54,649 nt of DNA from Bifidobacterium breve (GTDB lineage: Bacteria; Actinomycetota; Actinomycetes; S36-B12): the NCBI GenBank assembly GCA_945877545.1, contig CAMCSO010000002.1:1-54649 (forward strand). The letters run 5' to 3'. Positions 10,875 to 23,345 of the stretch are shown here, piece by piece. The first letter of the stretch is position 1; every line of letters starts with the position of its first letter. Position numbers and translations under genes: made by a program. Under the pieces are notes generated by a model. The model was not told where the DNA came from and made no database searches. It saw only the letters and a program-made list of their open reading frames with translations.

Positions 10875-12324
10875 TCCGAAGGGCTTCTTAACGACCGAAC
10901 GTGAGTTGCCAGCGAGGCGACCTGTGGATATTAGGCTCCAAGACTGGCGAGAGGTTTACCTGGAATTCGGTGAGGCGAGGGTTGAGAAGCAGGCCGGACG
11001 CTGCATGGATTGTGGTATCCCGTTCTGTCACAACGGCTGCCCGCTGGGCAACCTCATCCCCGAGTGGAACGACCTTGTCCATCGGCACGACTGGCAGGCC
11101 GCAAGTGAGCGTCTCCACGCGACGAATAACTTCCCGGAGTTCACCGGCCGACTTTGCCCCGCGCCGTGCGAGACCGCCTGCGTGCTGGGGATCAACGCGG
11201 ATGCGGTGACCATCAAGCAGGTTGAGGTGTCGATCATCGACCGGGCGTGGGAGGAAGGCTGGGTCACGGCTCAGCGTCCGGAGCGGCTGTCCGGCAAGAC
11301 CGTCGCCGTTATCGGATCCGGCCCTGCGGGTCTCGCGGCGGCGCAACAGCTCGCCAGGGCTGGGCATACCGTCGCCTGCTTCGAGCGAGCGGACCGTATC
11401 GGCGGCCTGTTGCGCTATGGCATCCCCGAGTTCAAAATGGAAAAGCGCCACCTCGACCGGCGATTGGCCCAGATGGAGGCAGAGGGGGTGAAGTTCCGTC
11501 CTGGTACCGACATCGGGGTCGATATCACCGCCGACGACCTGCGACGCCGATACGACGCGGTGGTTATCGCGGTGGGCTCGACGGTAGGCAGGGAGCTTGA
11601 GGTCCCTGGACGGGACCTGCGCGGGATCTACCAGGCGATGGAGTTCTTGCCGCTCGCGAACCGGGTCGTCGAGGGTGACACGTCGGTGTCGCCGCTGGAC
11701 GTGGCAGGCAAGCATGTTGTCATCATCGGAGGCGGTGATACGGGTGCTGACTGCCTCGGAACCGCCCACCGTCAGGGTGCCGCCTCGGTGACTCAGTTGG
11801 AAATCCTCCCGACCCCACCACCTGCGAGACCCGGAAGCCAGCCTTGGCCGACCTACCCGATGGTCTACCGGACAACGAGCGCCCATGAGGAGGGTGGCGA
11901 GCGGGTGTTCTCGGTATCGACGAAGGATTTTGTTGACGACGGCACTGGCACGGTCTGCGCACTACGCCTGATCGAGGTGGCGGCCCATGAGGGCGGATTC
12001 CGTCCGGTTGAAGGCTCTGAACGCGAGATCCCCGCCGATGTCGTACTGCTGGCGATGGGCTTTACCGGCCCCGAGGTCGGCTCGATTGCGGGACAGCTCG
12101 GCGTGGATCTTGACTCCAGAGGAACCTTCGATCGCGGCAATGACTATGCGACCAACGTTGACGGTGTCTTCGTCGCAGGCGATGCCGGACGCGGCCAGTC
12201 GCTCATCGTTTGGGCGATAGCAGAGGGTCGCGCGGCGGCTGCAGCGGTAGACGAGTTCTTGACCGGAAGCACCCAGCTTCCGGCGCCCATTCTGCCCACT
12301 GCTCGGCCGCTCACGGTTCGCTGA
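10867..12324 (+). CDS. gltD: Glutamate synthase small subunit
   Basis: Fe-S cysteine cluster [23 protein letters not shown] fold [12 protein letters not shown], and an 8-nt overlap with the gltB stop. Confidence 0.95.
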   Translation: MADPKGFLTTERELPARRPVDIRLQDWREVYLEFGEARVEKQAGRCMDCGIPFCHNGCPLGNLIPEWNDLVHRHDWQAASERLHATNNFPEFTGRLCPAPCETACVLGINADAVTIKQVEVSIIDRAWEEGWVTAQRPERLSGKTVAVIGSGPAGLAAAQQLARAGHTVACFERADRIGGLLRYGIPEFKMEKRHLDRRLAQMEAEGVKFRPGTDIGVDITADDLRRRYDAVVIAVGSTVGRELEVPGRDLRGIYQAMEFLPLANRVVEGDTSVSPLDVAGKHVVIIGGGDTGADCLGTAHRQGAASVTQLEILPTPPPARPGSQPWPTYPMVYRTTSAHEEGGERVFSVSTKDFVDDGTGTVCALRLIEVAAHEGGFRPVEGSEREIPADVVLLAMGFTGPEVGSIAGQLGVDLDSRGTFDRGNDYATNVDGVFVAGDAGRGQSLIVWAIAEGRAAAAAVDEFLTGSTQLPAPILPTARPLTVR

Positions 12325-12419
12325 TCGACGAACGGGGTTCCGGGATCGGCACCGTTAGCGTCGCCGTTGGGCCCGTGCCATGACATCGTTTGCATGGAGG
12401 CTGGGATAGGCTCAGTGGT

Positions 12420-13853
12420 ATGCGAAGAGCGAAGATTGTAGCAACGTTGGGGCCGACGACGAGTTCCCTCGAGGCGATTCGCGGCCTGGTGCGTGCAGGC
12501 ATGGACGTGGCCCGACTCAACCTCTCGCACGGTGACCATGCTGATCATGCGAGCGCTTACGCCGCCGTTCGTCAAGCCTCGGACGAGTCCGGACGTGGGG
12601 TCGGGATCCTCGTTGACCTTCAGGGGCCGAAGATCCGCCTTGGACGATTCGCAGCCGGGCCGGTGCTCCTGGAGCCGGGTGACGAATTTGTCGTAACGAT
12701 TGACGACGTCCCCGGTGACAAGCACATGGTTTCGACCACGTACAAGGGCCTCCCCGGCGATGTCACCCCCGGAGACTCGGTGCTCGTTGACGATGGGCGC
12801 ATCGCCCTCGAGGTTGTGCGGGTTGATGGTCCGAGAGTGATCACGAAGGTGATTGAAGGAGGGCGCGTCTCCGACAACAAGGGATTCAACCTGCCCGGGG
12901 TTGCGGTGAGCGTCCCAGCAATGTCTGAGAAGGACGTCGAGGACCTGCGCTGGGCCCTGCGCATCGGCGCAGACATGATCGCGCTTTCTTTCGTGAGAAC
13001 AGCCGCAGATATCGCCGGTGTACACGCGATCATGGACGAGGAGGGCGTCCGTCTGCCGGTGCTCGCAAAGGTCGAAAAGCCACAGGCCGTCGACAACCTT
13101 CAGGAGATCGTCGAGGCATTCGACGGCGTCATGGTTGCTCGCGGCGACCTCGGCGTCGAACTCCCCCTTGAGATGGTGCCACTCGTCCAGAAACGGGCGG
13201 TACAGATGTGCCGCGAGGCTGGCAAGCCGGTCATCGTTGCCACGCAGATGCTCGATTCGATGATCACGGCAAACCGTCCCACGCGGGCAGAGGTGAGCGA
13301 CGTCGCGAACGCTGTGCTCGACGGTGCCGATGCGCTCATGCTCTCCGGGGAGACGAGCATTGGCGAGCATCCGTCCCTCGTGGTCGAGACCATGGCGCGA
13401 ATCGTCGAGCATGTCGAACAGGAGGCGCTCGCGAGCCTCCCAGCACTCCTCGATGAACGCGAAGGCTCGACGGCACGGGCGCTCACTCGCGCTGCCGTGG
13501 CAGTGGCGGCCGATGTCGAGGCGTCCTACCTCATCGCCTTCACTGAGACTGGCCTCTCGGCACGGCTCATCTCCCGCTGGCGCAGTGCGACGAACCTGCT
13601 CGCCTTCACGCCGAATCCGCGGGTGCGCAGCCAGCTGTCTCTCGTCTGGGGTGTAGAGACCTTCCTCGTCCCAAAGGTGACCCACACTGACGAAATGGTC
13701 CAGCAGGTCGACCGATCCCTCCTTGAGATCGGGCGCGCCACTGTCGGCGAGCGCGTGGTCATCGTGGCAGGCGTGCCACCGGGGGTGCCCGGAACCACGA
13801 ACGGCATGCGGGTGCATCGGCTCGGCAGTGCCGGACCGGGTGCCGGGGTCTGA
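12420..13853 (+). CDS. pyk: Pyruvate kinase
   Basis: N-terminus [14 protein letters not shown] and motif [10 protein letters not shown]. The ATG at 12420 is preferred over the track start at 12390. Confidence 0.95.
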   Translation: MRRAKIVATLGPTTSSLEAIRGLVRAGMDVARLNLSHGDHADHASAYAAVRQASDESGRGVGILVDLQGPKIRLGRFAAGPVLLEPGDEFVVTIDDVPGDKHMVSTTYKGLPGDVTPGDSVLVDDGRIALEVVRVDGPRVITKVIEGGRVSDNKGFNLPGVAVSVPAMSEKDVEDLRWALRIGADMIALSFVRTAADIAGVHAIMDEEGVRLPVLAKVEKPQAVDNLQEIVEAFDGVMVARGDLGVELPLEMVPLVQKRAVQMCREAGKPVIVATQMLDSMITANRPTRAEVSDVANAVLDGADALMLSGETSIGEHPSLVVETMARIVEHVEQEALASLPALLDEREGSTARALTRAAVAVAADVEASYLIAFTETGLSARLISRWRSATNLLAFTPNPRVRSQLSLVWGVETFLVPKVTHTDEMVQQVDRSLLEIGRATVGERVVIVAGVPPGVPGTTNGMRVHRLGSAGPGAGV

Positions 13854-13910
13854 TCGGCTACGCTGATATGTCTTTATGGTGTCGACGCCGGTTTGGCGCG
13901 GTGCCGACAT

Positions 13911-13944
13911 CCTTTAAGCCCGTCCGGAGAGATGGGGAAGGAGG
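13911..13944 (+). promoter_or_regulatory. Candidate PyrR-binding leader hairpin that sequesters the pyrR Shine-Dalgarno
   Basis: The terminal loop GUCCGGAGAGAU resembles the PyrR binding-loop core UCCAGAGAGG. The upper stem is CCC/GGG. The lower stem CCUUU pairs with GGAGG (13940-13944), which is the RBS 6 nt before GTG 13951. Confidence 0.5.
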
Positions 13945-13950
13945 TCCCTC

Positions 13951-14517
13951 GTGGATACTTCGCGTTCGCACATCGTCCTTGACGAAGCTGATATCGGTCG
14001 AGCCATCAGGCGGATCGCCCATGAGATCGTCGAACGAGCCCGCGGATCCGAGGACCTCGTCCTCCTTGGGATTCCGACCCGAGGAGTGCCGCTTGCCCAC
14101 CGGATCGCCGAAGCGATCGCGTCTACCGAGGGCAGGTCGGTCCCTGTTGGGTCACTCGATATCACCCTGTACCGCGATGACCTGCGGTTGCGGCCCGCTC
14201 GAGCACTAGAGAATACATCAATCCCGCCCGAGGGAATCGATGCCAAGACGATCATCCTTGTCGATGATGTGCTGTTCTCGGGCCGAACGGTCCGAGCGGC
14301 CCTTGATGCGCTCAATGACCTAGGTCGGCCCGCCGCGGTGCGCCTAGCAGTTCTCATCGACCGGGGGCATCGAGAGTTCCCGATCCGCCCGGACTTCGTC
14401 GGAAAGAACCTGCCTACATCCATCGTGGAGGACGTGAGGGTCGAGGTGGCCGAGATTGATGGCGTGGATCGGGTGACGATCCTTGGTGCGTCGGATGATC
14501 CCGGGGATCAGCGGTGA
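13951..14517 (+). CDS. pyrR: Bifunctional pyrimidine operon regulator / uracil phosphoribosyltransferase
   Basis: PRPP-binding motif [17 protein letters not shown], 188 aa, first gene of the pyr operon. Confidence 0.93.
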   Translation: MDTSRSHIVLDEADIGRAIRRIAHEIVERARGSEDLVLLGIPTRGVPLAHRIAEAIASTEGRSVPVGSLDITLYRDDLRLRPARALENTSIPPEGIDAKTIILVDDVLFSGRTVRAALDALNDLGRPAAVRLAVLIDRGHREFPIRPDFVGKNLPTSIVEDVRVEVAEIDGVDRVTILGASDDPGDQR

Positions 14518-15455
14518 AGCATCTCCTGTCTGCCGGGGACCTCACGCGTGATGATGCCGTCCTCATCCTTGACACGGCGTCGGAACTCGCGACCGTCACC
14601 GACCGCTCAGTGAAGAAACTCCCGACGCTCCGCGGCCGCACGGTCGTCAACCTGTTCTTTGAGGACTCAACCCGGACTCGCATCTCCTTCGAGGTCGCAG
14701 CGAAGCGCCTGTCCGCAGACGTCATCAACTTCGCCGCCAAGGGTTCATCGGTTTCGAAGGGCGAGAGCCTGAAGGACACTGCCCTCACCCTCGAGGCGAT
14801 CGGGGCCGATGCTGTCGTCATCCGCCACGGCTCCTCAGGTGCGCCCCACCGACTCGCACGGGCAGGCTGGATAGGGGGGAGTGTCATCAATGCAGGTGAC
14901 GGCACGCATGAGCACCCCACGCAGGCACTGCTCGACGCCTTCACCCTGCGTCGTCACCTGTGCGAAGGGCGGGGCGACCTCACGGGGATCCGAGTAACGA
15001 TCGTGGGCGACGTCTTGCACAGTCGCGTTGCACGATCGAATGTCCTCCTCCTTCGCACGCTTGGCGCGCACGTCACCGTTGTCGCCCCACCGACCCTCCT
15101 TCCTCTTGGCATTAGTGCCTGGCCGTGTGACGTCACCTATGACATCGACTCGGCGCTGCCTGAGGCTGATGCGGTGATGATGTTGCGGGTTCAAGGTGAG
15201 CGCATGCGGGCCGCCTACTTCCCCTCGGCCAATGAGTACAGTCGCTCTTACGGGCTTGATGCCGAACGGCTACGTGCGATGCGACCAGATGCGATCGTCA
15301 TGCATCCAGGTCCGATGAACCGAGGGATGGAGATCTCGGCCGACGTAGCCGACAGTGACCGCTCGGTCATCGTTGAACAGGTTGCGAACGGCGTCAGCGT
15401 ACGAATGGCCGTGCTGTACCTGCTGCTCGGGGGCGACATGAAGGGGCAAGGCTGA
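14514..15455 (+). CDS. pyrB: Aspartate carbamoyltransferase catalytic subunit
   Basis: Motifs STRTRISFE and [12 protein letters not shown] overlap with the pyrR stop. Confidence 0.95.
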   Translation: MKHLLSAGDLTRDDAVLILDTASELATVTDRSVKKLPTLRGRTVVNLFFEDSTRTRISFEVAAKRLSADVINFAAKGSSVSKGESLKDTALTLEAIGADAVVIRHGSSGAPHRLARAGWIGGSVINAGDGTHEHPTQALLDAFTLRRHLCEGRGDLTGIRVTIVGDVLHSRVARSNVLLLRTLGAHVTVVAPPTLLPLGISAWPCDVTYDIDSALPEADAVMMLRVQGERMRAAYFPSANEYSRSYGLDAERLRAMRPDAIVMHPGPMNRGMEISADVADSDRSVIVEQVANGVSVRMAVLYLLLGGDMKGQG

Positions 15456-16738
15456 TGACCGCGCTGGTACTGCGAGGGGTTCGTCCCTACGGGGAGGATC
15501 CCGTCGATCTTGTCATTGAGGGCGGCGTGATCGCGGAGATGAGCAGGTCTGGCTCGGCGTCCGGCCATATCGTCGACGCTGATGGTCTCGTCGCGCTCCC
15601 CGGACTCGTTGATCTGCATACGCACCTGCGCGAGCCGGGCCGCGAGGATGCCGAGACCATCGAAACGGGCTCCCGCGCAGCCGCCCTAGGCGGCTTCACC
15701 TGTGTCCATGCCATGGCGAACACCGACCCGGTCGCAGACACCGCCGGTGTCGTCGAACAGGTGTGGCGGCTAGGGCAGCGGGCCGGTCTTGTCGATGTTC
15801 GCCCGGTCGGCGCCGTCACGGCAGGGCTCCTCGGTGAGCAGATGGCCGAGCTCGGGGCGATGGCCCACTCATCGGCGCGAGTTCGCGTCTTCAGCGATGA
15901 CGGGAAGTGTGTGCACGATGCAGTGCTCATGCGGCGGGCCCTGGAATATGTCAAAGCGTTCGGGGGCGTTATCGCCCAACATGCGCAAGAACCGCGACTC
16001 ACCGAGAACGCTCAGATGAACGAGGGCGTCTTATCCGGCGTGCTCGGGCTCACTGGCTGGCCGTCAGTAGCGGAGGAGGCGATCATTGCGCGCGATGTCC
16101 TGCTCGCGGAGCATGTCGGGTCTCGGCTGCACATCTGCCACGTCTCGACTGCGGGCTCGGTTGAGGTCATCCGCTGGGCGAAGGCCCGCGGTATCGATGT
16201 GACCGCAGAGGTGACCCCCCACCATCTCATCCTCACTGAGGATCTCGTGGCGAGTTATGACCCGATTTACAAGGTGAATCCGCCCCTGCGCACCCACGAT
16301 GATGTGTCAGCCCTTCGAATGGCCGTGGCCGACGGCACCATCGATGCGATCGCGACGGACCACGCGCCGCATCCTCACGAGGACAAGGACTGCGAGTGGG
16401 CGGCAGCCGCCTTTGGAATGCTCGGGCTCCAGACCGCGCTCAGCGTGGCACAGCACACACTGGTCGAGTCGGGGCTCCTCGACTGGCGCGGACTCGCCGA
16501 TCGAATGTCTGTCCGCCCGGCACGCATCGGTGGGGTGCAGACGCAGGGGCAGGGGCTCGAGCCAGGTGCGCCCGCGCATGTCTGCGTTCTCGATGCTTCC
16601 GCTCGCTGGATCGTGGATCCGGAGGCGGTAGCGTCGAAGAGCCGCAACACCCCCTATGCCTCGATGGAACTTCCCGGATCCGTCCGCCATGTCATCTTCG
16701 GTGGCATCCCCACCGTCATCGACGGAGCGCTCGCATGA
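15455..16738 (+). CDS. pyrC: Dihydroorotase
   Basis: Motif [10 protein letters not shown], amidohydrolase fold, 427 aa, 1-nt overlap with the pyrB stop. Confidence 0.92.
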   Translation: MTALVLRGVRPYGEDPVDLVIEGGVIAEMSRSGSASGHIVDADGLVALPGLVDLHTHLREPGREDAETIETGSRAAALGGFTCVHAMANTDPVADTAGVVEQVWRLGQRAGLVDVRPVGAVTAGLLGEQMAELGAMAHSSARVRVFSDDGKCVHDAVLMRRALEYVKAFGGVIAQHAQEPRLTENAQMNEGVLSGVLGLTGWPSVAEEAIIARDVLLAEHVGSRLHICHVSTAGSVEVIRWAKARGIDVTAEVTPHHLILTEDLVASYDPIYKVNPPLRTHDDVSALRMAVADGTIDAIATDHAPHPHEDKDCEWAAAAFGMLGLQTALSVAQHTLVESGLLDWRGLADRMSVRPARIGGVQTQGQGLEPGAPAHVCVLDASARWIVDPEAVASKSRNTPYASMELPGSVRHVIFGGIPTVIDGALA

Positions 16739-17859
16739 GCCGCCGCCAACCGGCGGTGCTCGTCCTTGAGGACGGAACCACGATGCGGGGAGCTGCATAC
16801 GGGGCTATCGGATCGACCTTCGGAGAGGCGGTCTTCTCGACCGGCATGACCGGCTACCAGGAGACCCTCACAGACCCGTCTTACCACCGTCAGATCGTTG
16901 TGATGACCGCCCCGCACATTGGCAACACTGGGGTCAATGATGAGGATCCGGAGTCCACTCGCATCTGGGTAAGCGGGTACATCGTCCGCGATCCCTCCCG
17001 CAACACCTCCAACTGGCGTGCGAGGAGGGGACTGGAGGACGAACTGCGAGATCAGGGCGTAGTGGGGCTTTGCGACGTCGACACGCGGGCACTCACCCGC
17101 AGGCTGCGCGAGCGGGGTGCAATGCGCATGGGCATCTTCTCTGGGGGCCAGGCTCACTTGCCCGTCGACGACCTTTTGGAACAGGTGTTGGCCAGTCCCG
17201 TCATGACGGGAGCTGATCTCGCTGGTGAGGTGAGCACCCCCGCCGCCTATCTCGTCCCTGCGGTCGGAGAGCGCCGCCTCACCGTTGCCGCGATTGATCT
17301 CGGCATCAAGACCATGACCCCGCGACTCATGGCCGAGAGGGGCATCGACGTGCACGTGTTGCCTGCCTCCACATCGGCTCGTGATGTCCTTGGCCTTGGC
17401 GCCGATGGTGTCTTCTTCTCCAATGGTCCCGGGGATCCAGCTACCGCAGATCACGCCGTTGGCGTCATGGAGGCGGTCCTAGGTGCGCGGGTGCCGGTCT
17501 TCGGTATCTGCTTTGGCAACCAGATCCTCGGGCGTGCGCTGGGGCTAGGGACCTACAAACTCAGGTACGGGCACCGTGGCATTAACCAGCCGGTCCAGGA
17601 TCTTCGCACCGGCAAGATCCAGATCACGGCGCACAATCATGGATTCGCTGTGGATGCTCCGCGGGAAGGGATCTTCCAGACGCCGTTCGGTGCGGCGCGC
17701 GTGACTCATGTGTGTCGAAACGACGATGTTGTTGAGGGACTTGAATGCCTCGACATCCCGGCGTTCAGCGTCCAGTACCACCCGGAGGCCGCAGCCGGTC
17801 CACATGATGCGTCATCAATGTTCGACGAGTTCGTCGACCTTATGCAGCGGAGAATCTGA
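16735..17859 (+). CDS. carA: Carbamoyl-phosphate synthase small (glutaminase) subunit
   Basis: N-terminus [15 protein letters not shown], catalytic CFGNQILG, and HNHGFAV. ATG 16735 overlaps the pyrC stop (ATGA). The track start at 16396 lies inside pyrC. Confidence 0.95.
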   Translation: MSRRQPAVLVLEDGTTMRGAAYGAIGSTFGEAVFSTGMTGYQETLTDPSYHRQIVVMTAPHIGNTGVNDEDPESTRIWVSGYIVRDPSRNTSNWRARRGLEDELRDQGVVGLCDVDTRALTRRLRERGAMRMGIFSGGQAHLPVDDLLEQVLASPVMTGADLAGEVSTPAAYLVPAVGERRLTVAAIDLGIKTMTPRLMAERGIDVHVLPASTSARDVLGLGADGVFFSNGPGDPATADHAVGVMEAVLGARVPVFGICFGNQILGRALGLGTYKLRYGHRGINQPVQDLRTGKIQITAHNHGFAVDAPREGIFQTPFGAARVTHVCRNDDVVEGLECLDIPAFSVQYHPEAAAGPHDASSMFDEFVDLMQRRI

Positions 17860-20800
17860 TGCCACGACGCGCTGACCTCCGTACGATCATGGTGATCGGA
17901 TCCGGGCCGATCGTTATTGGTCAGGCGTGTGAGTTCGACTACTCGGGCACTCAGGCGTGCCGGGTGCTGCGCGATGAGGGAATTCGGGTGGTCCTCGTGA
18001 ACTCGAATCCGGCGACCATCATGACCGATCCGGAGTTCTCCGATGCGACCTACATTGAGCCGATCACCCCGGAGTTCGTCGAGCGCATTATCGCCAAGGA
18101 GCGTCCCGACGCCATCCTTGCAACGCTCGGCGGGCAAACAGCGCTCAACACTGCAATCGCGCTCCACAAGAGTGGGGCGCTCGCGCGCTACGACGTCGAA
18201 CTGATTGGGGCCGACGTCGATGCCATCGAACGGGGCGAGAATCGTGAACTCTTCCGGACGATTGTTGCCGAGATCGGTGCGGAGAGTGCTCGGTCAGCGG
18301 TGTGCCACTCGCTCGATGACTGCTTCGCTGGGGCCCAGAACCTCGGTTATCCAGTTGTCGTGCGTCCCTCGTTCACGATGGGCGGGGCCGGATCTGGGAT
18401 TGCTTACGACGAGAATGACCTGCGGCGCATCGCCGGCGCGGGACTCCAGGCAAGCCCAACCACTGAGGTGCTCCTTGAGGAGTCAATCCTCGGTTGGAAG
18501 GAATACGAACTCGAATTGATGCGTGACAACCGCGATAACGTCGTCGTCGTCTGCTCGATCGAGAACCTCGATCCGATGGGCGTACACACCGGTGACTCGA
18601 TCACCGTGGCACCAGCAATGACGCTTACCGATCGTGAGTTCCAGCACATGCGCGACGTCGGGATCCAAATCATCCGGGCGGTTGGAGTCGACACCGGCGG
18701 CTGCAATATCCAGTTCGCGATCGATCCGAGCGATGGCCGAATGATCGTCATCGAGATGAACCCGCGGGTGTCACGTTCATCGGCCTTGGCCTCGAAGGCG
18801 ACCGGATTCCCGATTGCCAAGATCGCCGCGCGCCTCGCAATCGGCTACACGCTCGATGAGATTCCCAACGACATCACAAGAAAGACTCCGGCATGCTTCG
18901 AGCCCACCTTGGACTACGTGGTTGTGAAAGTGCCGCGGTTCGCCTTCGAGAAGTTCCCTCAGGCCGACCCGATCCTCACCACGACGATGAAGAGCGTCGG
19001 CGAGGCCATGGCGATCGGCCGGAACTTCACCGAGGCGCTCCAGAAGGCCCTTCGCTCACTAGAGCGACCCGAAGCCGTGTTCTTCTGGCCCGAGCACCGA
19101 TCCGACGTTGATCTCCAAGCGCTCCTTGCGGAGATGTCCAAGCCGCAGGACTGCCGACTCTCCTTAGTTCAGCGAGCCTTGTGGGCGGGGGCGACCATCG
19201 AGCAGGTGCATGGATCCACCGCAATCGACCCATGGTTCCTCGACCAGATCTGCCTCATCAACGAGATCGCCGATGACGTGCGATCGGCTGAGGGGCTCAC
19301 CGCCGACATCATCCGGCACGCCAAGCGCAATGGCTTCTCCGACCGGCAGATTGGGCAGGTGCGCGGTCTAGCAGAGCACGAGGTCCGCGAACTCAGGCAT
19401 GGCCTCCAGATCCGTCCGGTTTTCAAGACGGTCGATACGTGCGCGGCTGAATTCGCGGCGACCACCCCGTACCACTACTCGTCGTACGACGATGAGAACG
19501 AGGCGGTACCGTCCGATCGGCGCAAGGTGGTGATCCTTGGCTCGGGGCCGAACCGCATCGGGCAGGGAATCGAGTTCGACTACTCGTGCGTTCATGCAGC
19601 GCTGACCCTTCGCGATGCCGGATACGAGACCATCATGATCAACTGCAATCCGGAGACCGTGTCGACCGACTACGACACCGCCGATCGGCTCTACTTTGAA
19701 CCGCTCACCTTGGAGGATGTGCTCGAGGTCGTCCATCTTGAGCGCCAGTCGGGCACCCTCGTCGGGGTCATCGTTCAACTGGGGGGCCAGACCCCGCTTG
19801 GTCTTGCCCAATCACTCAAGGATGCGGGCGTGCCCATCCTCGGGACGAGCCCCGAGGCGATTCACCTTGCGGAGGAGCGGGGCGCCTTCGGCAAGGTCCT
19901 GGCGGCAGCGGGCCTGCCTGCGCCAGAGCATGGGACCGCGTCCTCCTTTCCAGAGGCGCAGGCGATTGCCAAGGATGTCGGGTATCCGGTGCTCGTGCGA
20001 CCGAGTTTCGTCCTCGGCGGTCGTGGCATGGAGATCGTGTACGACGACGCGATGCTCGCCGATTACCTTGTCCGTTCCACGGAGATCAACGCGAAGCATC
20101 CGGTGCTCGTCGACCGCTTTCTCGATAACGCGATCGAGATCGACGTTGATGCCATCTACGACGGGGAGGAGTTGTTCCTCGCCGGAGTCATGGAGCATAT
20201 TGAGGAGGCAGGTATTCACTCGGGTGACTCAGCCTGTGTGTTGCCGCCGATGACCCTTACCGCCGATGAGATCGGCCGCATCAGGGATTCGACCCTTGCC
20301 ATCGCGAAGGGCGTTGGTGTGCTCGGTCTGCTTAACGTCCAGTACGCGCTTCTCGACGATATCCTTTTCGTGCTCGAGGCGAACCCGCGTGCGTCGCGCA
20401 CGGTGCCATTCGTGTCGAAGGCAACAGCGGTACCGGTCGCGAAGGCTGCCGCGCGGGTCATGGTGGGCCAGACCATCGCAGACTTGCGGGCCGAGGGAAT
20501 CCTTCCCGACCACGGCGACGGTGGCACGCTCCCAGTTGGGGCGGCTGTCGCGGTGAAGGAGGCAGTCTTGCCTTTCGGTCGATTCCATGGAGTCGATACT
20601 CTCTTGGGACCGGAGATGCGATCGACCGGTGAGGTTATGGGAATCGACGAATCGTTCGGGGTTGCGTTCGCTAAGTCACAGGAGGCGGCATTCTCCGGCG
20701 GCCTACCGACCACAGGTACCGCATTTGTCTCGCTCGCCGATCGAGACAAGGTGGCTGCGATTGAACCGCTCAGACGGCTGGTCGAATTCGGTTTTCGGAT

Positions 20801-21215
20801 CCTCGCGACCGCGGGCACGGCACAGGCCCTAGAACGCAACGGCGTTCGAGTCGACGTTCTGCGCAAGCAGCGTGAGGGGCGTGGACCGTCAGGCGAACCC
20901 ACGACGGTGGACGCAATCATGGCAGGTGAGATCGACCTCATTGTGAACACACCCTACGGAGTCGGGCCGCGCGTTGATGGTTATGAGATCCGCACTGCCG
21001 CGGTCATCAAGGGAGTTCCAAGCATCACCACGGTCCAAGGCCTCGCTGCAGCGGTGCAGGGGATCGAGTCGCTTCGAAGTGTCGAGCCAACCGTGCATTC
21101 ACTTCAGGAGCATGGGAGTACCCTAAAGCAGTTGAGGTCGGTACAGGCCGCTTCAATTCGATCAGGGCACCAGTCGAGGGCAGCAATGCACCCGCAGAGT
21201 GCAGAGGAGCGCTGA
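17859..21215 (+). CDS. carB: Carbamoyl-phosphate synthase large subunit
   Basis: 1118 aa with duplicated ATP-grasp halves ([16 protein letters not shown] / [16 protein letters not shown]) and an MGS-like C-terminal domain. Confidence 0.97.
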   Translation: MPRRADLRTIMVIGSGPIVIGQACEFDYSGTQACRVLRDEGIRVVLVNSNPATIMTDPEFSDATYIEPITPEFVERIIAKERPDAILATLGGQTALNTAIALHKSGALARYDVELIGADVDAIERGENRELFRTIVAEIGAESARSAVCHSLDDCFAGAQNLGYPVVVRPSFTMGGAGSGIAYDENDLRRIAGAGLQASPTTEVLLEESILGWKEYELELMRDNRDNVVVVCSIENLDPMGVHTGDSITVAPAMTLTDREFQHMRDVGIQIIRAVGVDTGGCNIQFAIDPSDGRMIVIEMNPRVSRSSALASKATGFPIAKIAARLAIGYTLDEIPNDITRKTPACFEPTLDYVVVKVPRFAFEKFPQADPILTTTMKSVGEAMAIGRNFTEALQKALRSLERPEAVFFWPEHRSDVDLQALLAEMSKPQDCRLSLVQRALWAGATIEQVHGSTAIDPWFLDQICLINEIADDVRSAEGLTADIIRHAKRNGFSDRQIGQVRGLAEHEVRELRHGLQIRPVFKTVDTCAAEFAATTPYHYSSYDDENEAVPSDRRKVVILGSGPNRIGQGIEFDYSCVHAALTLRDAGYETIMINCNPETVSTDYDTADRLYFEPLTLEDVLEVVHLERQSGTLVGVIVQLGGQTPLGLAQSLKDAGVPILGTSPEAIHLAEERGAFGKVLAAAGLPAPEHGTASSFPEAQAIAKDVGYPVLVRPSFVLGGRGMEIVYDDAMLADYLVRSTEINAKHPVLVDRFLDNAIEIDVDAIYDGEELFLAGVMEHIEEAGIHSGDSACVLPPMTLTADEIGRIRDSTLAIAKGVGVLGLLNVQYALLDDILFVLEANPRASRTVPFVSKATAVPVAKAAARVMVGQTIADLRAEGILPDHGDGGTLPVGAAVAVKEAVLPFGRFHGVDTLLGPEMRSTGEVMGIDESFGVAFAKSQEAAFSGGLPTTGTAFVSLADRDKVAAIEPLRRLVEFGFRILATAGTAQALERNGVRVDVLRKQREGRGPSGEPTTVDAIMAGEIDLIVNTPYGVGPRVDGYEIRTAAVIKGVPSITTVQGLAAAVQGIESLRSVEPTVHSLQEHGSTLKQLRSVQAASIRSGHQSRAAMHPQSAEER

Positions 21216-21218
21216 ACC

Positions 21219-22073
21219 GTGCCTATCCAGTTACGTGCCGAGGTTCTTGACGTCCGCAAGTCGGGCGCGTACTCGGTGCTCTCGCTGACGGCGGCCGGGA
21301 TGACGGAGTTGGCCCGCCCCGGGCACTTTGTCACGGTGTCAATGGGCGGCGAGGAGAGCAGCATGCTGCTCCGGCGCGCCTTCGCGATTTATCAGGTGAA
21401 GTCTCGAGGCGTGTACGGCGGAACCCTTGAGATCGTCGTCGGAGTTGAGGGCAAGGGCTCGAAGTGGCTGAGCGAGCGGCGCCGGCACGACCACCTCGAC
21501 ATCGTCGGCCCGCTTGGCCGCCCGTTCATCCTGCCCAAGGAGCGGGTGCCGTGTGTGCTCGTCGCTGGCGGCTACGGTGCCGCGGGAATGTTCATGCTCG
21601 CTGAGCAGCTGCGTGATCGGGGATGCCGTGTCGATGTCGTCATGGGAGCCTCCTGCGAGTCGAAGCTCTTCGGCGTTCTGGAGATGAAGCGAGCCTCGTC
21701 AAAGCTCATCATCACAACTGAAGACGGTTCAACGGGTGAGCGGGGCCGCGTCACCGACGTTTTGGGCTCAGTCATAGACAAGTCAGAGGCAGCGGTCGTG
21801 TACGCCTGTGGCCCGATGGGAATGCTGTCGGCGGTTGCCGCGATCGCAGGTGAGCACCGGGCGTACAGCCAGTGTTCGGTCGAGGAGGCGATGGCCTGCG
21901 GAATCGGGGTGTGCATGACCTGCGTGCTTCCGGTCATCGGCCCGGACGGCGTGACCCGCATGGTGCGGTCGTGCGTGGAGGGGCCGGTGTTCCGCGGAGA
22001 TCGTGTCCGCTGGAGCGATGTCGGCACCATCCCCGCTGATGCCTTCGGCGCGCCGGTCGTGGAGGAGTCATGA
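21219..22073 (+). CDS. pyrK: Dihydroorotate dehydrogenase (class 1B) electron-transfer subunit
   Basis: FAD-binding motif RRAFAIY, C-terminal 2Fe-2S motif CGIGVCMTC, 284 aa, immediately upstream of pyrD. Confidence 0.85.
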   Translation: MPIQLRAEVLDVRKSGAYSVLSLTAAGMTELARPGHFVTVSMGGEESSMLLRRAFAIYQVKSRGVYGGTLEIVVGVEGKGSKWLSERRRHDHLDIVGPLGRPFILPKERVPCVLVAGGYGAAGMFMLAEQLRDRGCRVDVVMGASCESKLFGVLEMKRASSKLIITTEDGSTGERGRVTDVLGSVIDKSEAAVVYACGPMGMLSAVAAIAGEHRAYSQCSVEEAMACGIGVCMTCVLPVIGPDGVTRMVRSCVEGPVFRGDRVRWSDVGTIPADAFGAPVVEES

Positions 22074-23308
22074 GCCCGGCTGTCATCGGACGAGGTCCGG
22101 TGGGCTCCACCTCGGAGACCCCGCGCATGGACATGTCGACCTCACTCGGTGCCATGCACCTCGATGCACCTGTTCTCACCGCCTCAGGCTGTGCTGCGTC
22201 AGGTCGGGAACTTGATGAGTACTTCGACATCACCCACCTTGGTGCGATCGTCACGAAAAGCATCATGCTCCAGCCCCGCGCCGGACGGCCCACCCCGCGA
22301 ATGGCGGAGACGCCGAGTGGCATGCTCAACTCCATAGGCCTCCAAGGTCCAGGCCTAGAGGCCTTCATCGAGACTGACCTCGCTTGGCTTGAGCAGCGCG
22401 GCGCCAGGGTCATTGTGTCGATCGCCGGTGGATCGGTCGAGGAGTATGTGAAGATCGCCCAGAAGTTGCGGTACGTATCGGGGATTGACGCCATTGAGGT
22501 GAACATCTCCTGCCCGAATGTTGAGGACCGCGGGCAGGTCTTCGCCTGCAACTCCGAGGCGGCGTCGCAGGTCATCCAAGCCGTCCGCCGCCACCTCGAT
22601 CCGCACACCCCACTTTTTGCAAAGCTCTCACCGGACGTTACCGATATCACCGATATCGCGCACGCGGTCGTGCGCGCCGGCGCCAGTGGGCTGTCGGTCA
22701 TCAATACGGCCCTAGGTATGGTCATCGACGTCGATCGCATGCGCCCAGCCCTCGCCGGTGTCACCGGCGGGCTCAGTGGTCCGGCAATCCGGCCGATCGC
22801 CGTCCGCTGTGTCTGGCAGATCCGCCAAGCCATGCCAAAGATCCCCATCCTCGGCATGGGCGGGATCCGGACCGGACTCGATGCACTGCAGTTCATCCTG
22901 GCTGGTGCGAATGCTGTCTCGGTTGGTACCGCCACATTCAATGATCCGTCCGCCCCGATCCGGGTGCAGCGCGAGTTGGCCCAGGCCCTGCACGAGCGAG
23001 GCTTTACCTCGCTGCGGGAGGCCATTTCATTCGCCCATCGTGAGTATGACGCCCCAGAGCCCTTGTTTGCAGAGACCGCGGCGGCCGAGTCAGCCGTGAA
23101 CCCCGAGGTGGATGAAGAGCAGGGCCTCGAGGTTCCGAGGATAATTCAGGTCTCGGAGGTCGACGTCCTCGACGACCGCAGGCCAGTTGCCGAGGTGGTG
23201 CAGATTCGACGTGACACCGCGAGCCAGCCGTTCGACCAGTACAAGGAGTTCGCCGAGGCGAAGGCAGCCGACGAGCGCCGCGCCGATGTATCGCCTGAGC
23301 CGCAGTGA
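22070..23308 (+). CDS. pyrD: Dihydroorotate dehydrogenase class 1B catalytic subunit with a ~85-aa C-terminal extension
   Basis: Motifs LTASGCAASGRE, EVNISCPNV and GGIRTG. ATGA overlap with the pyrK stop. At 412 aa it is long for this family (my recollection is about 310 aa). Confidence 0.88.
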   Translation: MSPAVIGRGPVGSTSETPRMDMSTSLGAMHLDAPVLTASGCAASGRELDEYFDITHLGAIVTKSIMLQPRAGRPTPRMAETPSGMLNSIGLQGPGLEAFIETDLAWLEQRGARVIVSIAGGSVEEYVKIAQKLRYVSGIDAIEVNISCPNVEDRGQVFACNSEAASQVIQAVRRHLDPHTPLFAKLSPDVTDITDIAHAVVRAGASGLSVINTALGMVIDVDRMRPALAGVTGGLSGPAIRPIAVRCVWQIRQAMPKIPILGMGGIRTGLDALQFILAGANAVSVGTATFNDPSAPIRVQRELAQALHERGFTSLREAISFAHREYDAPEPLFAETAAAESAVNPEVDEEQGLEVPRIIQVSEVDVLDDRRPVAEVVQIRRDTASQPFDQYKEFAEAKAADERRADVSPEPQ

Positions 23309-23345
23309 GGCGCCTACCGGCGTCGCAGGCCACAACATTCCTCAC

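Noticed and set aside
12144-13910. A 588-aa ORF on the - strand spanning the whole pyk locus.
   Set aside because: It is exactly antisense to an unmistakable pyruvate kinase. It is rich in R/A/G/P/H, has no recognisable motif, and is a typical stop-codon-poor shadow frame of GC-rich DNA.
21934-23025. Long - strand ORFs antisense to core genes. This 363-aa ORF is one; others are at 35428-36522, 3183-3932, 10888-11886, 16654-17454, 37196-37819, 40104-40829, 50882-51715 and 44884-45774.
   Set aside because: Each overlaps a confidently identified gene on the other strand or in another frame. All have low-complexity Arg/Pro/Ser/Ala-rich composition and no recognisable domains, so they are treated as GC-rich shadow ORFs.
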